A DNA stretch of 63,601 nt, the filler included, from Octopus bimaculoides (taxonomy: Eukaryota): assembly GCF_001194135.2 (NCBI RefSeq). It is 5 parts of 4 records of this genome, joined end to end, with 100 filler letters (N's around TTAATTAATTAA, not from the genome) between each part and the next. Parts side by side here need not be neighbours in the genome. Positions count along the whole stretch, not along the records: positions 24,147 to 44,806 come from NC_068998.1; 4 more parts are not named here. The stretch is one strand, 5' to 3'. This document shows, piece after piece, positions 26,092-38,271 of the stretch; position 1 is the first letter of the stretch, and each line of letters begins with the position of its first letter. The position numbers were made by a program, and so were the translations under genes. A model generated the notes under the pieces. That model did no database searches. It saw only the letters and a program-made list of their open reading frames with translations, and had not been told where the DNA came from.

Positions 26092-26260
26092 TCATCATCA
26101 TCATCATCATCGTTTAACGTCCGCTTTCCATGCTAGCATGGGTTGGACGATTTGACTGAGGACTGGTGAAACCGGATGGCAACACCAGGCTCCAGTCTGA
26201 TTTGGCAGAGTTTCTACAGCTGGATGCCCTTCCTAACGCCAACCACTCAGAGAGTGTAGA
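26092..26260 (-). mobile_element. 3' end of SINE family C with (GAT)n tail (ttggcgttaggaagggcatccagctgtagaaac motif; Ceph-like domain tentative)
   Basis: Near-identical to 36593-36745; (CAT)n on the + strand followed by cgtttaacgtccgctttccatgctagcatgggttggacg. Confidence 0.75.
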
Positions 26261-26776
26261 ATGTATATCTATATGTGTATATGTGTTTGCATCACCTTTT
26301 CTTGACATCAAGTGATAGTTGTAAGCAAACATCACCTACATACAAGCAGTGTCGTTCATTTCCAGTCTTGAGTGACAACATATCTAGGCAAAGAGAGATA
26401 TATGACCTTGCTTGGAAATACATGAGAGTTGGCGACTGGAGGTACATCTGACCATTGAAAACCTACCTCAACTGATTCCCTGGAACCCATACAGACAGAG
26501 AAAAGCGGATGGTAAAACGATGACAACGATGATGATGATGTCGATATATAGAACCCTATGACACTTGGCTACTTGAATAGCAAACAGCATGTCTAGCTTG
26601 CCTGTCTTTATTTCTAAACTGAGTCGTTAATAGATCAGTGTTTATCTATTGATTGATCTGTTAACCTGGTTTTCTGTTTCTATCTTCAGTGCAGTATAAT
26701 ATAATTATATACATTACTGTTTGGTACAATGCAGTAAGATAAAGTTTAATAATAATAATAATAATATTGTGCTAAA

Positions 26777-26990
26777 AGGTGGTGAGCTGGCAGAAATGTT
26801 AGCATGCCAGGCAAAATGATTAGCAATATTTTGTCTGTCTTTATGTTCTGAGTTCAAATTCCTCCAAGGTTGACTTTGCCTTTCATCCTTTTGGGGTCAA
26901 TAAATTAAGTACCAGTTGCGTACTGAGGTCGATCTAATTGACTGGCCCCCTCCCCAAAAATTTTGGACCTTGTGCCTAGAGCAGAAAAGA
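26777..26990 (+). mobile_element. SINE family B copy
   Basis: ggtggtgagctggcagaaatgttagcatgcc...gttcaaattcc...ctttgcctttcatcc...ccttgtgcctagagcagaaaag. Confidence 0.85.
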
Positions 26991-28422
26991 ATAATAATTT
27001 TGTGCTGTTCAACACATCACAATACTTTGTATAGATGGTGTTTATTTTTTAACTAAGAGGGCAATAAAAACAATATACAAACACATGTGACATATTATGT
27101 CATATCAGTAATTAAAAAGGACATCTAGTGACAGAAGATGGGACAATGTCTTACAGCTATTTCAGTCTAGAGGTGACATGCCTCATTCTATCTCTGTGAC
27201 TCCAGTAGGCTGAAGTAATTGATAGATGAAATGGATGAAATAGAGGTACATGTATGATTCTCTAGGCCTCTTCAGAGATTTTATAAAGTTCATGAAGTTA
27301 ATTTACAATATCCAAATATAAACGTATAGAAAATCATAAAAACTCACATATATATGCATACTTTAACATCTATAGATATACATAAATAAACATAAATACA
27401 TGAATACATATATGTACATTTAAATGTACATACATAAATGTCTATACATGTACACCAATGAGTCAATTATTATTGTTATTATACATGAGGAGGACACATA
27501 TATATACCCAACCACACATACATACATACATACATACATACATACACATATATATACATAAGCATTCCTGTACATACGTCCTCTTAGTTAAAAAATAAAC
27601 AGGTAAATTGACATAATACAATGTCTGCAAGTTGATGAATACCACATATTCCCCTCCATTTTCTTATTGCTATATATATANNNNNNNNNNNNNNNNNNNN
27701 NNNNNNNNNNNNNNNNNNNNNNNNNNNNNNNNNNNNNNNNNNNNNNNNNNNNNNNNNNNNNNNNNNNNNNNNNNNNNNNNNNNNNNNNNNNNNNNNNNNN
27801 NNNNNNNNNNNNNNNNNNNNNNNNNNNNNNNNNNNNNNNNNNNNNNNNNNNNNNNNNNNNNNNNNNNNNNNNNNNNNNNNNNNNNNNNNNNNNNNNNNNN
27901 NNNNNNNNNNNNNNNNNNNNNNNNNNNNNNNNNNNNNNNNNNNNNNNNNNNNNNNNNNNNNNNNNNNNNNNNNNNNNNNNNNNNNNNNNNNNNNNNNNNN
28001 NNNNNNNNNNNNNNNNNNNNNNNNNNNNNNNNNNNNNNNNNNNNNNNNNNNNNNNNNNNNNNNNNNNNNNNNNNNNNNNNNNNNNNNNNNNNNNNNNNNN
28101 NNNNNNNNNNNNNNNNNNNNNNNNNNNNNNNNNNNNNNNNNNNNNNNNNNNNNNNNNNNNNNNNNNNNNNNNNNNNNNNNNNNNNNNNNNNNNNNNNNNN
28201 NNNNNNNNNNNNNNNNNNNNNNNNNNNNNNNNNNNNNNNNNNNNNNNNNNNNNNNNNNNNNNNNNNNNNNNNNNNNNNNNNNNNNNNNNNNNNNNNNNNN
28301 NNNNNNNNNNNNNNNNNNNNNNNNNNNNNNNNNNNNNNNNNNNNNNNNNNNNNNNNNNNNNNNNNNNNNNNNNNNACATTGATACCTGGATATCCTTGTT
28401 ACTTACTTGCATTTTGTAGTGA

Positions 28423-28752
28423 AGGCACATGGCTCAGTGGTTAGAGCATCGAACTTACAATTGTGAGGTTGTGAGCTCGAATCCCGGACCAAGCTGCGTA
28501 TTGTGTTTTTGAGCAAGACACTTTATTTCACGTTGCTCCACTTAACTCAGCTGTAGAAATGACTTACGACGTCACAGGTGCCAAGCTGTATCGGCCCCTT
28601 TCCCTTGGATAGCAATGGTGGCGTGGAGAGGGGAGGCTGGTATGCATGGGCGACTGCTGGCTTTCCATAAACAACCTTGCCCAGACTTGTGCTTGGGAGG
28701 GGAACTTTCTAAGTGCAATCGCATGGTCAGTCATGACCGAAGGGGGTCTCAG
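28423..28752 (+). mobile_element. tRNA-derived CORE-type SINE (family D)
   Basis: ggcacatggctcagtggttagagc (A box)...gctcgaatccc (B box), then ttgagcaagacactttatttcacgttgctcc (CORE-like). Related pieces at ~48215-48370 (+), ~57590-57760 (-), ~58240-58370 (-). Confidence 0.8.
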
Positions 28753-28875
28753 CAACTTGCATTTTGTACACCTAACTTTGAGCTGCCCCAGACTATACTG
28801 AACTGGTTTGGTGCCTCAATTTAAGTACCTAATTCAACTGAATCTTAATTATATTATACATATATATATATGTAT

Positions 28876-29272
28876 AAAAGGACTAACTCAAATCAACCTT
28901 GAAAAGCACCAACATCGACCCCCCCCCCCCCGCACACTGGGAGGATATCTCAGCAAACAGACCCCTCTGGAGACACACCATCAAAATGGGTTCAGCGAAC
29001 TTTGAGAAAGCCCGAGTCGCAAGAGCCGAACTCAAGGGACGGGAGAGAAAGCATCGCCTTCTCCNNNNNNNNNNCCCGAGTCGCAAGAGCCGAACTCAAG
29101 GGACGGGAGAGAAAGCATCGCCTTCTCCTTCCCAAACCAACCCCTTCTATCCCTTGTCCACAATGTCCCTGTATGTTTCATGCAACCGTTGGATTGTGGA
29201 GCCATCTGTGGTTCAAACACCCAGGAAAATGAACTGGATTGCAAGCTCGGAAACACAAGACGCAGCCAACGA
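28876..29272 (+). mobile_element. RTE (BovB-like) LINE 3' end, 5'-truncated
   Basis: LKSTLKSTNID...AHWEDISANRPLWRHTIKMGSANFEKARVARAELKGRERKHRLLLPKPTPSIPCPQCPCMFHATVGLWSHLWFKHPGK*: typical RTE ORF C-terminus with a CxxC..H..H knuckle. Confidence 0.85.
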
Positions 29273-29312
29273 TATACATATATGTATAAATGTATTTTTG
29301 TCTTTGTTTCAG

Positions 29313-29506
29313 ATACTATCGTGGAGCTGTTGGAGCACTTGTGGTGTATGATATCACAAAACCAGCATCATTTAGCAACTTGGAAAAATGGCTTGGAGAA
29401 CTACACGAACATGCTGACCAAGATGTGTGTTTAATGGTGGTTGGGAACAAGACTGACTTGCATCATCTACGAGCCGTAACGCTTGATGAGGGCCGATTGT
29501 TAGCTG
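29313..29506 (+). CDS. RAB11: Rab11-like GTPase exon (YYRGA ... GNKxD)
   Basis: tttcag| acceptor, |gtaaat donor, 194 bp (same length and phases 2/1 as vertebrate RAB11 exon 3). [64 protein letters not shown]. Confidence 0.95.
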
Positions 29507-29832
29507 GTAAATTTAGGGCATTTTATATTTGGTTGCTCTGTCCAAGTTCTCCTGGGTTTAGTTGATGAAAAATCTCAATTTCTTTGAATAGGAACCATAT
29601 TTCTTTTCTTTTTTTTTTAATTTTGTGGCTGTGAGATAAGAAGCTTGATTTTCGACCACGTTGTTTTGAGTTCGGTCCCGCTGCATGACACCCTTGGGTT
29701 AGTGTTTTCTACTTTAGCCCTGTAAGTGGATTAGGTAGATAGAAACTGAAAGAAACCTTTAGCATTTAGATTACTCTGTCAAATGTAATGTTTACCTATT
29801 CCCAATGTTTTGAATTAATCATGTATTTTATT

Positions 29833-30027
29833 TACATTATTTACATTGGACAGATATGTGTCCTCATCTTGTTTGTTGCTACCACGTTTCGGCTGATTTA
29901 CTCTCCAGCCCTCATCAGGTGTCCTTCTACCAGGACACCTGATGAAGGTTGGAGAGTAAATCAGCCGAAACGTTGCGGTGACAACAAAGAAGATGAGGAC
30001 ACATATCCATCCAATGTAAATAATGTA
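29833..30027. mobile_element. Palindromic element with hammerhead-ribozyme-like cores (putative Penelope-like element remnant)
   Basis: ~92-95-bp inverted arms around an 8-nt loop (29925-29932); CTGATGA at 29939-29945 and GAAAC at 29967-29971 on +, mirrored on - (tcatcag 29912-29918, gtttc 29886-29890). Confidence 0.7.
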
Positions 30028-31039
30028 CAGAATTCCTCATCTCTAAAATATACAACAGTAATCATGTATTATGTTGTACCTTCAAGATTTTGATGAAGTA
30101 ATTGTTTTAGTCTTAGAATGACATTGTAGAGTTGCCTTGAAGAATTTTTAGTTGAATGAATTGACCCCGACTCTTATTTCTTTTTTAATCCTGGTTCTTA
30201 TTCCATTGGTCTCTTTTTCCAAACTGCTAAATTACAGGGACATAAACACAACAATACCAGATATACAATGGGCTTCTTTCAGTTTCTGTCCACCAAACCC
30301 ACTCACAAGGCTGGATCTGTCTGGTCTGAACATTAAACAGGTAGAATATTTGGGACGGATATGGCCAGTTTAAATGCTAAAGAATTAATGATGGTTCAAC
30401 AGTGGTTGAGGTGTGTCAGTTTTTTGGTTCTTGAACTCTTTCTGGATATCATTAATATGCTGACTCACATCTCACTTCTGGTTACAGTAGACTGAACCTG
30501 TAATGTTAAGTAGAATGGAAATATGTGTCTGACTCATGACATAATATGAATCAGTGACTTGTGGATCAGAAGTTTAACATCCTATCAACTCCTCCAGCCC
30601 TGACTGTATTTGGTCAGCCCATATCACTGTATTTGGTTACTGATGTTGTTGCTGCTGTTGCTGTGTTGTTTTTAGCATTCCAGCACCCTAATGACTGTCA
30701 ATTTGCCACTGTGAGGAATAGCAGTTCCTTAATGTCTTTTATTTTCTTTGACTATCTCTCACTGGTTACTCTTCCATTACTAGAAAGCAACATTTGTATC
30801 TCATTGCAATGCAATACATATAAATGAAAGAAGACAGTCTCTGAAAAATATCTCAAATCTTCAAGAGGTGGAGGAAAACATTTACAATGATTATTACAGA
30901 CGTTAGTTATTGAGGAAATACTACAGACATTCTAGGTATCTGTTAATCTTTAATACCACTATGATTTAAATTAAAGCCTTTCATAAAAATTTTTATATTC
31001 CAAACACCAATTTTCAATTTCTTTCAATTTCCAACTACC

Positions 31040-31165
31040 AAATTCATTCGCAATGCTTTGGTCAGCCCAAAGCTATAGAAGAAGACACTTGCTCAAGGTG
31101 CCACACAGTAGGACTGAACCTGGAACCATTTAGTTGGGAAGTAAACTTCTTATCATACAGCCAAT
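31040..31165 (-). mobile_element. SINE family A 5' part
   Basis: gctttggtcagcccaaagctatagaagaagacacttgctcaaggtgccacacagtaggactgaacc. Confidence 0.8.
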
Positions 31166-31279
31166 GCTTAGTTAATTGATGGGATCGACAAAGTACTCCA
31201 TCCAGTAAAAGATAACTATCTTTTGAAGTAGACAGGATTTAAAAATGAACTACACTAAGTTTCATGCTTATGGCAGTAC

Positions 31280-31380
31280 AAAGCACTTAATGTAACCCCA
31301 CTTTGTCTTACATGTTTTGTAATGTTCAACCTTATTTTTGTCAGCCCTTGTGGCTAATAACAAAAGGATTATTATTATCA
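31280..31380 (+). mobile_element. Short 3'-end fragment of an L1/Tx1-like LINE
   Basis: tgtaatgttcaaccttatttttgtcagcccttgtggctaataacaaaaggattattatt resembles the LINE end at 18385-18450. Confidence 0.5.
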
Positions 31381-31593
31381 TTGTTACTACTAGTAGTAGT
31401 AAGTAGTATATTTTATGTTACACATATATATTATATTACATTGGTAGTATATTAGTAATATTAGTATATTAGTAATATTAGTAATACACTTCTTCTGTAT
31501 AGCCGTATGAGTAGTTGTAATGTCACCTAACTTCCTTTAATCTGAAATATTTTTTTGAATATTATTTTTCCTTCTTCTTATCTAATTCTTTAG

Positions 31594-31674
31594 AAAAACA
31601 CAATTTTTCCTTCATTGAAACATCAGCTCTAGATGCAACGAATGTTGGTGAAGCTTTCAATAATCTCTTAGTTG
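31594..31674 (+). CDS. RAB11: Rab11-like GTPase exon (ETSA motif)
   Basis: ctttag| acceptor, |gtaagt donor, 81 bp (as in vertebrate RAB11 exon 4). (E)KHNFSFIETSALDATNVGEAFNNLLV. Confidence 0.95.
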
Positions 31675-32176
31675 GTAAGTGCATCTTCTATCTAACTCAA
31701 CTTATGCATGGCTGTTGTGCACAGCTCATATGACTTTAAAATTAAGAACCATATGATATGACTCAAGTTAAGATGAGTTTTCCTGCAGATATGTCTTACG
31801 AACATCGTTGGCATTAAATTAAATGAAATAACTGATGACTATATATATCCTATGAGTTTTTTGTTTGTTTTACTTGTTTTTTTTTTGTTTTTTTTCGTTA
31901 TTTTAAATTTGTTGCACTTGATCTTGCTGTTTTATCTGACTCAAGGTATATTTAGTTATGGTTGGTGAGCACAGCTTATGGAGCTGATACTAAAGCTGTG
32001 TTTTCCAGGAGATAGTCATATCTAGCAGAGCATATACATGTATACATGTGTGCATGTATTTGGAAGTGTTTGTGGTGTGTGCGTGTGTACGTATGTATGT
32101 ATGTATGTATGTATATATATATATATATTTTAAATTTATTTATGGATTTCAGTCAAGTGGCTGTGGTCATGCTGGA

Positions 32177-32213
<37 letters not shown>

Positions 32214-32448
32214 TATATACATACAAATATATGTATATATAAGTATGTATATGTATACATATATGTGTATATGTATATATATTTGTGTGTATGAATATAT
32301 ATATGTTTATATATATGTATGTGTGTGTATGTATATATGTATATATATGCATATTATATACATATATATGTATATATATGTATATTATGTATATATATAT
32401 GTATATTATGCATATATATATATATATGTGTATATATGTCTATATATG

Positions 32449-32498
<50 letters not shown>

Positions 32499-32560
32499 GT
32501 ATATATATGTATATTTTATATATATATATGTATGTATGTATATATGTATGTATATATATG

Positions 32561-32593
<33 letters not shown>

Positions 32594-32699
32594 NNNNNNN
32601 NNNNNNNNNNNNNNNNNNNNNNNNNNNNNNNNNNNNNNNNNNNNNNNNNNNNNNNNNNNNNNNNNNNNNNNNNNNNNNNNNNNNNNNNNNNNNNNNNAC

Positions 32700-32863
32700 A
32701 CAATAGGCTTCTTTCAGTTTCTGTCTACCAAATCTACTCACAAGGCTTTGGTCGGCCTGAGGCTATAGTAGAAGACACATGCCCAAGGTGCCGCGCAGTG
32801 GGAATGAACCCAGGACCATGTGGTTGGTAAGCAAGCTACTTACCACACAACCACTCCTGCGCC
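32700..32863 (-). mobile_element. SINE family A 5' half
   Basis: Reverse complement reads ggcgcaggagtggttgtgtggtaagtagcttgcttaccaaccacatggtcctgggttcattcccactgcgcggcaccttgggc. Confidence 0.9.
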
Positions 32864-32970
32864 TAAAAAAAAAAAGAAAAGAAAAATGAAAACCAAAAAT
32901 CCAATTAATGTTACATATTTCCTTTAGAAGATAATAATTTCAGCTTCATCCTTTTTTTAATCTTTTTCAG

Positions 32971-33080
32971 ATATATTTAAAGTACAAGTTGAAAGCAAAC
33001 CTGCCGAAGATAAAAGTATTTCTAAAAACAGTAAAAGCTTGGAATTTACAGAGCAAAATAATTCTGGTTGTGGATGTTGA
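32971..33080 (+). CDS. RAB11: Rab11-like GTPase terminal coding exon (hypervariable tail, CXC prenylation motif)
   Basis: tttttcag| acceptor, phase 1 compatible with the previous exon. (D)IFKVQVESKPAEDKSISKNSKSLEFTEQNNSGCGC*, TGA at 33078-33080. Confidence 0.9.
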
Positions 33081-35703
33081 AAATGTACCGTGTTAACTAG
33101 ATCAGCCCCTGTCTTCAGTGCTGAAAGGGCACCTTTTTTTGTCTTAAGAGAACAATGTTGGGGTTACAAAGAGAAAAAAACTGTACAAATATCAATGAAA
33201 TATTACAGAGTTCCATTAAAAAAAAAATTTTTTTTTTTTAATCCTTTGGAATACCTGTTAATTTTCTTTTCGGAGTTTATCAAAGTATGTGTCTATGTAG
33301 CTAAGTCGGTTAGCTGCTGGCCTCCAGGTCATGAGTTCAAACGTAGCATGGGCATATTTTGCTTTTTTTTTGTTTTCCCTTTTTTTTTTTTATAAGTGAA
33401 ACACATTTCTCTTGATTTATAATGATAAAACATACCAGTCCTGCTTCGTCCAGTTAATCAGACTGGCAGTCTTTGGAGAGAACGCTAGGATGTAAATTAT
33501 TTGCTTTACAAATATGTGTACATGTCAAAATTTGCATGTCTGCTTAACCCATGCCATCATGGAAAAAGAACGAGACAAAATGAAGAAACAGTTCAAAGAC
33601 GAAAGAACAAAAAAACTATAAAGATGATGTTTTGAAATTTTGTAATTCTAAAGAAAAAATTGTCAAGACATTTGCAAATGTAATGCAAACAATACCATCT
33701 CACTACTAATACCTTTTATAATTACCTATGGAGATGTGTGTGTGTTTGTGCATGTGAGTGTGTATGCACACGTGTGTGTGTGCGTGTGTGTGTGTATGTA
33801 TTCATATATAAATATATATATGTACGTATGTATGTATGTATGCATGTATGTATGTATATGAATATATGATGTAAATTATATAACTATATATGTATAAATA
33901 TATATATATATGTATAAATATATATATATATGTATAAATGATATATATACATACACATGCATATACATATATACATGCATGGATAATATATATACACACA
34001 CATATATATATAACATATACATGATGTTAATGTTATTTATATGTTATATATGTTATATATTAAACATATTCAATATATAATATATATGTATGTACATGTA
34101 TATGTATATATATATATATTTACATATATAATATGTATGTATATATGTGTGTGTGCATATATATAGATATATGTATATATATATATATAATATATATTTT
34201 ATCTATAATATATTTGTATATATAACNNNNNNNNNNNNNNNNNNNNNNNNNNNNNNNNNNNNNNNNNNNNNNNNNNNNNNNNNNNNNNNNNNNNNNNNNN
34301 NNNNNNNNNNNNNNNNNNNNNNNNNNNNNNNNNNNNNNNNNNNNNNNNNNNNNNNNNNNNNNNNNNNNNNNNNNNNNNNNNNNNNNNNNNNNNNNNNNNN
34401 NNNNNNNNNNNNNNNNNNNNNNNNNNNNNNNNNNNNNNNNNNNNNNNNNNNNNNNNNNNNNNNNNNNNNNNNNNNNNNNNNNNNNNNNNNNNNNNNNNNN
34501 NNNNNNNNNNNNNNNNNNNNNNNNNNNNNNNNNNNNNNNNNNNNNNNNNNNNNNNNNNNNNNNNNNNNNNNNNNNNNNNNNNNNNNNNNNNNNNNNNNNN
34601 NNNNNNNNNNNNNNNNNNNNNNNNNNNNNNNNNNNNNNNNNNNNNNNNNNNNNNNNNNNNNNNNNNNNNNNNNNNNNNNNNNNNNNNNNNNNNNNNNNNN
34701 NNNNNNNNNNNNNNNNNNNNNNNNNNNNNNNNNNNNNNNNNNNNNNNNNNNNNNNNNNNNNNNNNNNNNNNNNNNNNNNNNNNNNNNNNNNNNNNNNNNN
34801 NNNNNNNNNNNNNNNNNNNNNNNNNNNNNNNNNNNNNNNNNNNNNNNNNNNNNNNNNNNNNNNNNNNNNNNNNNNNNNNNNNNNNNNNNNNNNNNNNNNN
34901 NNNNNNNNNNNNNNNNNNNNNNNNNNNNNNNNNNNNNNNNNNNNNNNNNNNNNNNNNNNNNNNNNNNNNNNNNNNNNNNNNNNNNNNNNNNNNNNNNNNN
35001 NTATACACACACACATACATACATACATAGAGTACAAGTCATGTGGGTAGTCTTTTTTTTTTTTTTTTCTTTGCTATAAAAAGAAATGTGGGTGATTATT
35101 TTAATAATGTACTTTGTACAGTCTAGCTATTTATAATTGTTAAATAGCTTAGAATGTATACGAAACTGCTGTAAATCTTCTGCAATGAAATACGTCCTAT
35201 TTGTAACTGGAAACTTACTCTGGTTCTTCATTGCTTGCAACAAACCTGAATTTTTCTTTTTCATTTCTTCGTCAATCTCTCCAGATGTTTCTTCCTGTCA
35301 TTTTCTGTCTGAATTTGTTCCACATCATCTCACATAAAATTGTTACTGCTTGCTTTATACACATAATATACATATTCTGTGTCTTCACTTTCAATTTTGT
35401 TGTTGGCATTTCTTTTTAAAAACCCAGCCTTGATATTGATAGCAAACCTATATATATATATGTAAAAAGGCATTCCAACCATAACCATCATGTCTTTTTA
35501 GAGCCATCTAGGACCAACTTTGTTATCTAGTTTTTTTTTTTGTTTTGTTTTTTTTGATAAAGCAGGATTTGAGCTGTGGCCACCACATCTTCCTGTTTTA
35601 AGATGATAAGTTACAATTTGAGGTAGACTTGGCTACCATTTTAAGCATGCCAAGTGATTATGTTGAAGTACCTGCAGCAAATGCAGTGTAGTAGTATAGT
35701 ATA

Positions 35704-35744
<41 letters not shown>

Positions 35745-35989
35745 CAGGTGCTAGTAATGGTAGTAGTGGTGATAGCAGTAGTAGTAGTTTTGTCCCAGGG
35801 AACTCCTGATCTGTGATCAAAGGCATCTTATCCATGTCTTTATTGTCTTTTTATGTATCATCTAGCATCTCATAATCGCATATATACTTCATTTCATAAG
35901 GCAAGCAGGTGCGATTTGAGGGTAATTTGGCTACTGTTTCTAGAAGGTAGAAAAATGACCATATACAAGCCTTTCCATAATGTTGTTGG

Positions 35990-36177
35990 CATTCCGTTGC
36001 TTACGACGTCGAGAGTTCCAGTTGATCCGATCAACGGAACAGCCTGCTCGTGAAATTAACGTGCAAGTTTCCGAGCACTCCACAGACACGTGTACCCTTA
36101 ATGCCCGGTCTGGGAATCGAAGCCGCGATCCTATGACCGCAAGTCCGCTGCCCTAACCACTGGGCCATTGCACCTCC
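35990..36177 (-). mobile_element. tRNA-derived SINE remnant with well-preserved tRNA-like head (possibly octopus OR-type)
   Basis: Minus strand ggaggtgcaatggcccagtggttagggcagcggacttgcggtcataggatcgcggcttcgattcccagaccggg, followed by non-tRNA sequence. Confidence 0.65.
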
Positions 36178-36592
36178 TTCCATAATGTACACAAACAGTA
36201 TAGTGTATATAGGATATTTGGGCTAAATTTTGACAGCTTGCAAAAAAGGAAAAAGAAAACACTAATGTCCCATCCAAAAATAGATTCACTTCAACATTCA
36301 AATTTAATTTGCCAAAATATTTTCATCACTTTGAGACCACGACATGTTCACTGACATGGCTTGGAGATAACAGTTTATTCAAAGCAGCAGCCATCCTAAG
36401 CTTCCACCACAACCTCAAGATGATTCCATAACCTGGCACATGCAGTAATAATAAAGATGTTCCATAGAAACTGAAAGGCTTCTTCAGTCATCACCAATAT
36501 ATATAAATGTTGATTGTTTAGCCTCAAGCCAACTCTGTTCAAGTGAGTTTATAATCAAAGATATTCCAGCAGTGAACATCCAGTCTTTTTAT

Positions 36593-36910
36593 CATCATCA
36601 TCATCATCATCATCGTCGTTTAACGTCCGCTTTCCATGCTAGCATGGGTTGGACGATTTGACTGAGGACTGGTGAAACCAGATGGCTACACCAGGCTCCA
36701 ATCTGATCTGGCAGGAGTTTCTACAGCTAAATGCTCAGAGAGTGTAGTGGGTGCTTTTACATGACACCCGCACGCAGGCCAGTCAGACGGTACTGGCAAC
36801 GGCCATGCTCAAAATGATGTATTTTACGTGCCACCCGCACAAGAGCCAGTCCAGGGGCACTGGCAATGATCTCGCTCGAAAGTCCTTACACATGCCGCGG
36901 GCACAAGTGC
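36593..36910 (-). mobile_element. SINE family C 3' portion with (GAT)n tail
   Basis: Near-identical to 26092-26260 and extends further. A + strand relative lies at ~37423-37538. Confidence 0.75.
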
Positions 36911-37553
36911 CATTTCCTTTTTTCAAGACAGTAGTAGATTTAATTGTTATTTTTCAGAAGTTATACAACTAGATGAATACTCCTAAGGTCAGGTAGTGCA
37001 ACAAGGTTGGTTCAACCTGACCCTGCACTCAAGGCCAAGAATTTCAGTGTTTACAAATATGTGAAACTAAATGACTTAAGAGGAAACGGAACTTGCAGTT
37101 TCATCATCTAGGTGTTTACTTACCACCTATTTGTGATACTAATGTATTCATACACAGCTCAAATGTGCATTGTTGTTAGTATTTGAACAGTCAATTACAC
37201 AAGAAAGAAATTAAAGCAAAACTGTAATTTAGTTACCAATCACAGAAGAAATACTACAAAAGGAACTGTTTTCATCCAAGTTAACTTTTTAAAGTTCCCT
37301 TCTTTAAATATATTAAGTTGAAATACGTACAACAAAATAAAAGATGGAGAAGTGATTGTTAATGGCATCAAAGCATTTATAAATAGTTATACAGAAGTAA
37401 GTACACACACACACATGTATGTAGAAACCATGCCACAACAGGCAGTTGGAGTCTGAACAGCTCCTTTCTAGCTGGCTCCTTGTCAAACTATCCAACCCAT
37501 GCCAGCATGGAAAGCAGATGTTAAACGATGATGATGATTGATATATATATATA

Positions 37554-37940
37554 GGTGCAGGAGTGGCTTGCTTACCAACCACATGGTTCTAGGTTCAGTC
37601 ACACTGCCTGGCACTTTGGGCAAGTGTCTTCTACTATAGCCTCGGGCCGACCAAAGCCTTGTGAGTGGATTTGGTAGACGGAAACTGAAAGAAGCCCATT
37701 GTATATATGTGTGAGTGTATGTGTGTCTGTGTGTGTGTATATGTTTGTGTGTCTGTGTTTGTCCCCCACCATCGCTCAATAACCGATGCTGGTGTGTTCA
37801 TGTCCCTGTAACTTAGCAGTTCGGCAAAAGAGACCGATACAATAAGTACTAAGCTTACAACGAATAAGTCCCAAGCTTGATTTGTTCGACTAAAGGCAGT
37901 GCTCCAGCATGGCTGCAGTCAAACGACTGAAACAAATAAA
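37554..37940 (+). mobile_element. Near full-length SINE family A
   Basis: ggtgcaggagtggct...ggttcagtc...ttgggcaagtgtcttctactatagcctcgggccgaccaaagccttgtgagtggatttggtagacggaaactgaaagaagccc...ggcagtgctccagcatggctgcagtcaaacgactgaaacaaataaa. Confidence 0.9.
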
Positions 37941-38271
37941 TGCATAAAAGAATATATAAAATTAAGCAAGATCAGGTAAGCACAAATCCAGAGTAGTTCT
38001 CCACAGGTAGGTAGATTTCCTGAAAGTTCATAATCTGAATTTACAGATGAATGAGAGGAGGATCCAAGTAGCCTGTCCTAGCGGCTCATCGTAGATAGGT
38101 AGAACTAATCACACTGTGAACAGGAAAACAATATTCATCAACAATATTAATCAATGATCAGTATTATTTTAGCAATAATAAATCTCTGAATGAGGTATAA
38201 ACAGTAGCAGCACGACAACGTGAAGTATATTTGCCACTTAAATGTGGCTAACCCCTAAGGGTGAATGCTAC

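Noticed and set aside
29011-29128. 54-bp tandem duplication in the RTE fragment
   Set aside because: The two copies are identical and flank a 10-N gap: unmerged contig overlap.
36103-36177. Functional tRNA gene
   Set aside because: The tRNA-like head has A/B boxes but no clean cloverleaf or terminator, and continues into SINE body sequence.
35220-37220. Minus-strand GTAAGT donors at ~35219 and ~37121 suggesting an antisense spliced gene
   Set aside because: Candidate exons have stops in all frames or weak acceptors, and GTAAGT is expected many times by chance in 60 kb of AT-rich DNA.
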